Shown one piece after another: positions 41,101-59,953 of a stretch of DNA of 64,000 nucleotides. Within the stretch, counting starts at the first letter, position 1; every line of letters starts with the position of its first letter. The position numbers and the translations under genes were made by a program. This stretch comes from Tubulanus polymorphus (lineage: Eukaryota > Animalia > Nemertea), in contig NC_134025.1 of the NCBI RefSeq assembly GCF_964204645.1, positions 5,592,871 through 5,656,870 of the forward strand, in the 5' to 3' direction. Below the pieces are notes generated by a model. The model searched no databases and had not been told where the DNA came from. It saw only the letters and a program-made list of their open reading frames with translations.

Positions 41101-43408
41101 CAGGTCCTGGTTCAAAAGTCATGTGTGCAACAATTGGCGTTAGTCCTTTTAGACAATCACGTATAAATTGATTTGCCATCAATACCTGGGACGATAGTTC
41201 CAGTAATCAAACAAGGTTTGTTTTCTTTCAACTGAAAAATTGTATTTTTTCCACGGATTCTGAGCTTTTGCTTGTTTATTCAGACAAACCTTTCATCCCT
41301 CATCGTTCCACAGTTGGCTCAACTAACACCCAGTTCAGTGAATTTTTACAGTATCCTGTGTTGCAAATATCTTCACACATCATCAAATGAAATATTGTAT
41401 CGTCACCAGCACTAAAAGGGATTACTATCTTTTTGTAGTCAATTTTTATACATTTTGTTAAAATTTACTTTATGTACCTGAATTAATACTCAATATTCTG
41501 CCAACGATTTGTTTTATGCTCAGTAGTCGGGAAGCTAATTTGAATGCCTTTTACTTCGCTATAGTCAGTATTATCAGCCACATCCAACTTGCGGCTTGAT
41601 TTAACTCTCTGAAATGACTTCAGACCTCTGTCTTCTTGAATTATGAGAAATTTGACAACTCTTGACGTGATTTTTCTCTGTATAAAATCTAAAATACTGT
41701 GTACAAGTATAACGTCTTTCGAATAACTATAATTCTGTAAATTCTGCCTTTCTTCAGCGTAATTGTCTTCGATCATGTTACTCTAAATAGGTAAAATATA
41801 ATAGATTATCGGTGGGCTTTGCATTATATCTGCAAGTAAATAACACTGCGTATCTTTTGCTTAAACAACGCTCATATCTGAAACACCTATTATACTTATT
41901 TGAACCCTGCAATGCCGATTCTTTTTTTTTCTGAAAAAAAGGAAAGAAACTTTTTATGGCCGTAGTCTAAAGCAAATGGTGCTTTTGTATTGCATTTATA
42001 ATGTGTGTAGAATTGGGTTTTCAAAGCCAACTGCTGCATTTTACATCACTGCCAAAACTGGTGTGCTGTACATGTACATAATTTATCAGAATACGTGTGT
42101 GCGTACGTATTGGTGACTATTCTCTTTTCAAGGACGCTTCAGGCCCTACACTGCATCCATTGTGATTTAGATCTTCACCGCGTGTGTACCGACGTCAGGC
42201 ACAAATGTGTAATCAGACGAATGATTAGTATAAAAAGGGGCTTACTCCGGGACTTAACAAAACTGGATGATTTGGCATTCGAAAGGTATTTGATTACCAA
42301 ACTGAATCAGTCAGTTTTATCCGGACGGGCCTCCAGCCACTAACACCACTCCACTGAACCATGGACTCTAAAACGAACATGACTGAACCAAAACAGGAAT
42401 ATTGTCATCAGAGAATGTAAAACCTTACACTTTGCGAAAATAGGACGTAAAACTTCTACGTCTTTATCGACACTCAAATGGAGAGGATGCCTTTAGTCAA
42501 CTCTGAGAAGGGTCACCAATATAGTCAATACTTCGAATCCTCATTTGTTGATTTTTGTATCGTTGTCTTGTGGTTTTTATCCCACCTTATGTTGTACATA
42601 ATATTGATATGAGTTGTATAAAATGGAAATGAAATCATAAATTGAATTCAGTGTCAATTTTCAAGTGGTTGATTAATTTAATGTTACCGAGTCGCACTAT
42701 TACTAAATAAAATTATATAGTGTCATTGTATAGTTTTGTAAAAAGGTGCTTCGTCCACCTTTCATTCAAGCATATGAATAAAGTATATGAAAAAAGGAAT
42801 ACTCGTTGTTTATTCCTCGTGGTTCAGAGCCAAAATATTCAAATATGTGATGGTTGAACAGATCTGAAGAACTTTCTATTGTGATCTATTTATTAAGTTA
42901 TGCAGAGGGGGTGGTATATTTCAGTTCATCTTATTTTGATATTTATCATTCATACAAAATTTTGCCTAATTGAAAATAAATAATTGAATCTCAGTATCCG
43001 TGAAGTCTTCATAAAATGATAAATCCCACGATTGAAATTTGACGAGAATAAATTCTATTCAAAATATACTACTACCCTTCATTAGTTACTCAAATGCTAA
43101 TTAAATACCTCTGCTCCAATCGAAACATGCACGGTAGTTTAATGGATATTTAACTATCTTAATTACAGTAACAGTGCAAGGCTCTGTTTACGTTGATGAA
43201 GATGGTAGTAATTAATCGCTATTGGAGTTGAAGCTTTTTCTGGCACACTTATACTAATTACTATGATAACAAGTCACAGTCGGTGACACGCTACGAGTGA
43301 CGAAACAGTAATTAGTGACGCCCTGCCATTCACGTTGTTAACAGTTCATTAGTTACTTAATTAATTTAGATAAATTGCCAATCAACCGGTCAATCGATGA
43401 TCAGGTGC

Positions 43409-43416
43409 TATATATA
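43409..43416 (+). promoter_or_regulatory. TATA box (TATATATA) upstream of the intronless gene
   Basis: About 30-40 bp upstream of an Inr-like TCAGTT (43446-43451) and about 85 bp upstream of ATG 43498. Confidence 0.45.
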
Positions 43417-43445
43417 TTCTAGATAACAAGTGTGAAATTCATCAT

Positions 43446-43451
43446 TCAGTT
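43446..43451 (+). promoter_or_regulatory. Initiator-like element TCAGTT (putative TSS)
   Basis: Matches the arthropod-type Inr TCAGT. Confidence 0.35.
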
Positions 43452-43497
43452 CACAGAACTCGTATAGACAACATAGAAAATAGCCGAGCGTTTCAAG

Positions 43498-44196
43498 ATG
43501 GCGAGTAATTCTGACAAGCGAACGTTTCGATTTCCTGGATTGAAGACTCTACGAAAGATTAAGTCGTCTTCCAAGATGAATAAAAACAGAAAAGCGGTGA
43601 AATTCGAAAGACAGAAAATCCAACCGCAGCCGTCACCAGTGTCGTGCAGTTCGGATAGCGGCAACGCGTCTATGTTTGAAAGCAGCTCCAATTCTTCGAT
43701 AGAATATTCGGTACGGGACATCGAACATGAACTGCGAAACAAAAAGTTCGACAGAATCCGCGAGAAGTTGAAGAATCTCAAGAGTAAAGACCAAGCTATG
43801 GTGCATAAAATCTTCGAATTACGGCAGAAGAATTCGCCAGTCCGCCATCACCAAAAAGTGGCACTGCCTGTAGTGAGTCCAAAGCATGTGGCAGTGCCTG
43901 TAGTGAGTCCAAAGCGTCTGTATTTGACGGTGCAGCGTCCGCGACCAATTTGTTCTTCGACGCCGATGCATCGACCGATCAGTTGCCAGATGAACGAACA
44001 GCGAAAACCCGTAAACGCAAATGCGGCTGTACTAGGCTCTCCGATCACTGGAATGATATCTAAATTTGGAATTCGAAGACCGGCGAAGCAGCCAGCGGCC
44101 AGTCGTCCGACATCGGTACCAGTTGCCAAACGAGGAGTCTACTACCGACCAGTAACGTATTTCGATGAACATGGACTAAAATGTACAAGGTGTTGA
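43498..44196 (+). CDS. Hypothetical intronless gene, 232-aa basic Ser/Pro-rich protein
   Basis: 699-nt ORF with ATG in good context. TATA box and Inr-like TCAGTT 50-90 bp upstream, ATTAAA signal about 115 bp downstream of the stop. No recognisable domain. Internal 30-bp tandem duplication (VALPVVSPKH/VAVPVVSPKR). Confidence 0.5.
   Translation: MASNSDKRTFRFPGLKTLRKIKSSSKMNKNRKAVKFERQKIQPQPSPVSCSSDSGNASMFESSSNSSIEYSVRDIEHELRNKKFDRIREKLKNLKSKDQAMVHKIFELRQKNSPVRHHQKVALPVVSPKHVAVPVVSPKRLYLTVQRPRPICSSTPMHRPISCQMNEQRKPVNANAAVLGSPITGMISKFGIRRPAKQPAASRPTSVPVAKRGVYYRPVTYFDEHGLKCTRC
43861..43920 (+). repeat. 30-bp tandem duplication (x2) inside the intronless ORF
   Basis: gcactgcctgtagtgagtccaaagcatgtg / gcagtgcctgtagtgagtccaaagcgtctg. 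Confidence 0.85.
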
Positions 44197-44308
44197 AAGA
44201 TATGGGACGTCTCTCATCAGGGATATTAATTATGCGGTGCTATGTACAAAGAACTTTCACAAACTGTGCATTATATTAATGTGACGATATGAAAATTGTA
44301 AATATTTT

Positions 44309-44314
44309 ATTAAA
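44309..44314 (+). terminator. Putative polyadenylation signal ATTAAA for the intronless gene
   Basis: About 115 bp after stop codon 44194-44196, in an AT-rich 3' flank. Confidence 0.3.
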
Positions 44315-44583
44315 AGAAAATATAACAAAATATACACAAGATATGAAAATGAATTAAATTCTTTCGTAATTATTGTATCTCTTCTGGCGTATATATCTAG
44401 GCTTTTGGTGTTGCCGAGGTTTTATATTCTGATTTAATTACCGGCTTGTACTGGTATACAAATATTGTATCGGAGGAGCCCGCGGGATGAACCAAGTTTT
44501 TTTTCTATATTATGTTCTAGAATGAAATGCATGGTCATATCACCTTGACTGGTAACATAGTAACGGTTGTGATGTGAAAATAA

Positions 44584-46143
44584 TTGCATAGCCGCAAAAT
44601 GTCGGCACCAGAAACAAAGTTGTTATCATTGAAGCGTTATCTGACAAATACTGAACGCGAAAATGAAATGGCTCTCAGGGGACGAGACCCCGATGATTCA
44701 TTTTTCGGGGCAAGAGTCATCGAGTGCCAACAAAATGTGGTCGAAGAAAGAAAACTGGCCAAAGAATTAGATGGTTTGGAAAGACAGAGAAAGATCGCGT
44801 TGGCTAGACTTAACAGTTCTCAACACATTCTTAAACTGACCTGTCGTAAGTATAATAAGGACAGAAAAAGCTCGACTACAATTATAAAGAAAAAAAGCAC
44901 TCAGGATCTTGGGGATACAGGAGATGATAGCTTCGTGCAGGTTGGGTTCCATTTTAAAGCCAACGGAGATCCTAGGCCAAGCGAGGGAGTTAGATTGTCA
45001 AGGTCGATATGTCGTCTGAAAAGCCAAATAAACGATATCAATCAAGCAATATCGACCTCATCGATAAAACACGATCACAATGTGGGGTCTTTTCGTAAAC
45101 TATCGAGCGATCCCGATACTGAGTCAGCGGAACAAGGGGAAATGATGAACGACGAGGAGTACCAAAAAGAAATGGACGAAGTTGAAAAAATGGTAACTGA
45201 ACTTATTAAAGCTGCGAAACGGCATCGAAGTACTACATTAGTAAAGAAGAACAACAAAGGTTCAGACGGAAAGCCGATGGTGGGAAAACATCAGTATCTC
45301 AGAGCTCATGAGAACGAATATGTCTGGCACTTAGAATCTGGTTCTGCTAGAAGGAATAACGACAATACAGGAGTTACCGCCGGTAAATTGTCTTTGACTC
45401 CGTCCGACCTTTACCGACCATCGTATACATCAAAAGCGACCCGAGGAAGCAGGGCAGCAGTTCTGGATCCGAAAGCGTCGTCCCTTTACAAAAATATTCA
45501 CCATACTAAAGCGCAATGTTTGGCATGCGAATATAGATTCAAACAATCAACGCATGAAGAAGTAAGCAAGGGGTCCTCGACGGTCAATGTTCAACCAACA
45601 CCTTCGTCTATGATGCGTAATCCAAGCTGTATTCTTAGAGCGTGGACTCCTTCTTCGGGAAGCCTTCACCACATCGACAACGCATCTTCATCGGGTTTAC
45701 TCCATCGTAAGGGGAGCTCTCGACATGCCGGTTTCAGCAATTCATCGGTAGCATCCTCATCGAACGAGTCAATAGACAGCAGATCGTCAACAACCAGTGC
45801 ACACCTGGCAGTCCCGGGTACGGGAGATTTACGGAAACAAATTCTGAAGAAGATGGTAGTTGCTAGAACGTTAACTCCAGATTCTAACGATAGTAGGTCC
45901 AGATCGCCGTCACCATTGGTCAGTCCTAGGGACGAACAACCGAGAGCTTCATCGTGTCCAGGGCAAGTTGATGCCGGTCATGGCGATACATTATCGATAG
46001 GACATACACCAAGCCCACCACTGGTCAGTAACGTATCAATAAAATTAAATGATCAAGATGAAAGTGAACATCTATTACACAGTCGATCCTCTCATAAATG
46101 GAAAAAACGATGTATATCGACGAAGGAATTGAAACACCAAGCG
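44584..46143 (+). CDS. Hypothetical gene exon 1 (disordered Ser-rich, N-terminal coiled-coil-like region)
   Basis: 1.6-kb ORF (536 codons in table). Donor GCGgtaagc at 46144 joins in phase 0 to the 46278 exon. Confidence 0.45.
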
Positions 46144-46277
46144 GTAAGCGATCATCAAGTCATGGACATTTCATTTAGAATATCTCTTATGTAATAATAG
46201 ATCCACAACCATTTTCATTATCAACATGGACCCATGCTAGACCATATACTTGTCAACCAGGAAAAAATTTTTTGTAG

Positions 46278-46577
46278 GAGGTAGCCACTCAAAGCAGTTT
46301 CATGAAAGTCAACGAATTTCTGCATAAGATTGACGACGACCTAAAACATCAGGAGACGGACGATCGATTCACGGCGAACAGATCGGGCTTATCACCAGCT
46401 CAAACTCAGAACGTATTCAGAAATACACAAAATCGTTATCAACAAGATATACAACGACATTCAACTGGACAGCTATCTAAAGAAATGGAAGCTCTGAAAA
46501 ACTGCCGATATCTGCGCATTTATGTCCCGAAGGCTGAACGAAACAAAAAAGTAGGAAGCTTCGACGCTATACTTTGA
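46278..46577 (+). CDS. Hypothetical gene exon 2 (terminal)
   Basis: Acceptor ttttgtag, open frame EVATQSSFMKVNEFLHKIDDDL... to TGA at 46575-46577. Confidence 0.4.
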   Translation, partial: EVATQSSFMKVNEFLHKIDDDLKHQETDDRFTANRSGLSPAQTQNVFRNTQNRYQQDIQRHSTGQLSKEMEALKNCRYLRIYVPKAERNKKVGSFDAIL

Positions 46578-47268
46578 TATCAATTCTGCATAAAATCTAA
46601 TAGAATCTTAAAAGCATTACGACGCTTATGCAAAAAATTATGGAAAAACTATTATTTGACACAAACAAGACAATCTTGTAACTCATCTTCAGTGGGTTAG
46701 AATTCATACGTATCGACCTTGCCAAATTAATGCAAGGAATCAAATCAATCCTCTAAGTTTGATATGCTAAGATTAAGATGGTTTCCGATCGACTTCCTGG
46801 CATTGGGACTTTTCGATAATTAAGCAAAGGTCCAAGAAAAAACTGTCGCAAAGAAATAATTAACTAATAACTAGTATATCTCCAGATTAATCATACTTTT
46901 TATAATTTATTTCGAAATTCTGTACACTGTCATTGAGTACACATTGTCAATCATTTTCAAATATTGAATCATTTTCCATTTCATTTTCCATTCATTTTAA
47001 AGCCATTTGGCACATTTCATTCAACATAAATAATCATATTCCATTCATAGCTATATACAAAGCTATGTATTCATTTCAAATAAATAGTTCATTTCACTAG
47101 AAAAAATATATAATGTTTTATACAAATTTATCACAAATGTTAATGGATGAAATAGACATCAGTAATAAATAAATACATTTTAATTGCAATTTCATTAACA
47201 TTCTATACATTTGAGATAAAGATCAATTAATATAAATTTGTAGTTATTTCATCTCTGTCATTGTTTGA

Positions 47269-57265
<9,997 letters not shown>

Positions 57266-58427
57266 TCCCAGAGATGAATTGAAAGACAACTCGGCAACAA
57301 ACTGAACGTCATTATTGGAAATTCCACCATTCTGAAAACAGACCAAGTTAATAGTTTGCGAAATGGATTTTTTCAAAGCTTAGTTAATATACCGATAGAT
57401 AAGCTTAGAATACCCAGTCTTACTCCTGAATGAAATATTCATTTATGATAGTAACTCAGGCGTACCTGTTCATGTTGTTGCTTGTCTTTTCTTTGGTTAT
57501 CAATATCATTTGAAGTGCTGTTAAAGCAAAAAGCCAGAAAAGATTATTATCTTTACACATTTGATCTTTTTTGGCGTGATGAGTTTCAATAATGGGTCAA
57601 ATCATTACTTTATGTTATTCACTTTTGTGGGATATGTTTGGTTCACAGGTATTCGACCAAGAAATCTTCTCTTTCCTCCTTCCATCGGAATATTCTTAAA
57701 TCATAAGCCAAACTCAAGCATCATCTCTATCCTTACTTGGATGAAAAACGAAAAGGTTAGAACTACAAGAAATACAAATTCTAATCAACCTTTCTCTTTG
57801 CTGGGTACAAGTTTTTCTGACTATTGCCAGGAGGCACTGTTGTATGTCATTAGACTGTTGTAGTCAAAGTGCAGCATCAGTCAGCGAGGCCGGGGCATGA
57901 TGGTTGTGTTCTGATATTGGATTACTAAAAAATCAAGTCAAGCATGTCAAGCGGTACTATTTCATTGGACAGTTGGATAGCAACAATAATGGGCCCTGTG
58001 TCGTGAAAAGCCCTGTGATATATCCGACCATGTCTGAGTGTAGCCACCCATCACCCATACTGTACTGCTGGTATCTATGACCATCATCTATGGATTGGAC
58101 ATTGGCTGTTGGGCGCAGACATGGTTTTATTGGTTGTATTGTGGTCCGCTGTGTGTGGACTGTGCACAGGGGCTCATCACGATAGCTGGGGGTAAAAATC
58201 AAAGATTTGACCCAGTATCCTAGGTACCACCTATAAAAAAAGGTCTTTTTTTTGGCGGTAAGCTTTTTATAATCGGAATCGGATGGGCTTATACCAACGT
58301 GGAAATATCCGATCGTGAAACTAAACCACAGACAGGTTACTTTAACTTACTGACTACTACTTGTCACCCGTGTGTGGATGATTCACGATTGCCTTATTCA
58401 CATTCAGCCTTATATATACAAAACCGC

Positions 58428-58437
58428 ATATAAATCA
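58428..58437. repeat. Putative target-site duplication (ATATAAATCA), left copy
   Basis: Identical 10-mer at 59055-59064 immediately outside the right TIR. Exact TSD length 8-10 bp is ambiguous. Confidence 0.5.
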
Positions 58438-58480
58438 CCCCAGTGAAGTTCATTACTTGTTCCTTATTCCTTATTCCATT
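58438..58480. repeat. Left terminal inverted repeat of the MITE-like element
   Basis: About 43 nt, reverse-complementary to 59005-59053 with a few mismatches. Confidence 0.65.
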
Positions 58481-58499
58481 ACTTATTCGGAATTCATCG

Positions 58500-58995
58500 C
58501 CCAATAAGGAACAAGTAGGCCTAACTTGTTCCTTGTTCCTTATTGGGCGATGAATTCTCAATAAGTAACGAAAATTGAACCGGTAAAGACGAAAATCTGA
58601 ATAAGGAACAAGGAACAAGTTACTTGTTCCTTATTGGGCGATGAATTCTCAATAAGTAACGAAAATTGAACCGGTAAAGACGAAAATCTGAATAAGGAAC
58701 AAGGAACAAGTTACTTGTTCCTTATTGGGAGATGAATTCTCAATAAGTTACGAAAATTGAACCGGTAAAGACGAAAAAAATCTGAATAAGGAACAAGGAA
58801 CAAGTAACATGTTATTGTTACTTGTTCCTTATTGGGAGATGAATTCTCAATAAATAACAAGAAAATCTGAATAAGTAACAAGGAACAAGTAACATATTAC
58901 CTGTTCCTTATTGGGAAATGAATTCTCAATAAGTAACAAGAAAATCTGAATAAGGAACAAGTAACATGTTACTTGATCCTTATTGGGAGATGAAT
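58500..58995. repeat. Internal tandem array of about 6 units (70-91 bp), each carrying the palindrome GGAACAAGT..ACTTGTTCC
   Basis: Repeated unit ttgttccttattgggNgatgaattctcaataagtaacgaaaattgaaccggtaaagacgaaaatctgaataaggaacaaggaacaagt. The shorter variants lack the gaaaattgaaccggtaaagacg block. Confidence 0.7.
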
Positions 58996-59004
58996 TCTCA
59001 ATAA

Positions 59005-59053
59005 AATGGAATTGGAATAAGGAATAAGGAACAAGTAATGAACTTAACTGGGG
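59005..59053. repeat. Right terminal inverted repeat
   Basis: See left TIR. Confidence 0.65.
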
Positions 59054-59054
59054 T

Positions 59055-59064
59055 ATATAAATCA
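59055..59064. repeat. Putative target-site duplication, right copy
   Basis: See left copy. Confidence 0.5.
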
Positions 59065-59713
59065 TACATTTTCTCAAAGAGCTAGGTGATGGAGACTTAT
59101 GTTGTATTAATAAATGACCGATTGATACTTTCAAGGGAAACTAACAAGATAATCAAGATAATTTACAACTGCAAAAGTTCTAATTTCCCGCAAGTGGCAC
59201 CTCGACGGCGGCCATTTTGGTGGCAGCACTGTACGGTCACCACCAACTGCGAACTAGCGCGCTCACGATTTATTTTCTAATGAACGTAATGCAAAACCAC
59301 TTAATAATTATCAAAACTCCAATATTTACAAAACAGGGCAGAGCAATTTCAAATATACTGATGTAAATATTTCTACCATCACGGGTCCATTGTATTTTTA
59401 TTGCATTCAGGTTCACCTCAGCCAGAATTCCACCAGTTGACCCCAATAAAATGCTGAAACCTGGTGTATGCTGCATAAATACGAACCACATATTTTTCAT
59501 CAACGCTATCTAGTACTAAGAAAAAAACAGATTTCTTTACATTACATACATTTTATTTTCATATACTGTATATATAATATACATACATGTACATATCATG
59601 TTACACAGGTAAACAGAGATTGACACATAAACACATTATAAAAGTCAGAAAATTACAAAATTTACAATATTGTCCAAACCTAATGAGAATATTCGCGAGA
59701 ACCTAAATTAATT

Positions 59714-59953
59714 TCATTTTTTGAAAGATGATAAGGTTGTGAATTGTATACGACGCTTCTGTTTCATCAGGTCCTCCTGAGTCAGCGTCGATTGACTAGA
59801 TTCATCTCCGGAAAGTTCAAGAACAAGGTGTAAATCTTTCTCTTCCTCATTATGAACCGTTGCACCTCCAAAATCAGTTGTAGAATGTTCCTGCTTCGGG
59901 GTTTCGCTCTTGACAATTGAAGGAGGTGCTAAATTCGGTTTAGCACTAGGGGA
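59714..59953 (-). CDS. CHAF1B: CHAF1B last exon (stop TGA 59714-59716)
   Basis: 79-codon open frame after acceptor ctttcag. [21 protein letters not shown]...[14 protein letters not shown]. Confidence 0.65.
   Translation of the reverse strand, partial: SPSAKPNLAPPSIVKSETPKQEHSTTDFGGATVHNEEEKDLHLVLELSGDESSQSTLTQEDLMKQKRRIQFTTLSSFKK

Larger units (their letters stand above)
58438..59053. mobile_element. MITE-like non-autonomous DNA transposon (about 616 bp) with TIRs, TSD and internal palindromic tandem repeats
   Basis: The left end CCCCAGTGAAGTTCATTACTTGTTCCTTATTCCTTATTCCATT is the reverse complement of the right end ...AATGGAATTGGAATAAGGAATAAGGAACAAGTAATGAACTTAACTGGGG. Flanking direct repeat ATATAAATCA on both sides. 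No ORF inside. Confidence 0.7.

Noticed and set aside
41483-42343. Short ORFs (97 aa minus, 82 aa plus) in the RTK-to-orphan-gene intergenic region.
   Set aside because: No start context, splice signals or recognisable domains. Length is within chance expectation for this composition.
58438-59053. Regularly spaced repeats that could be mistaken for a CRISPR array.
   Set aside because: Eukaryotic context, units of 70-91 bp with internal palindromes and no unique spacers, bounded by TIRs and a TSD. This is a MITE-like transposon.
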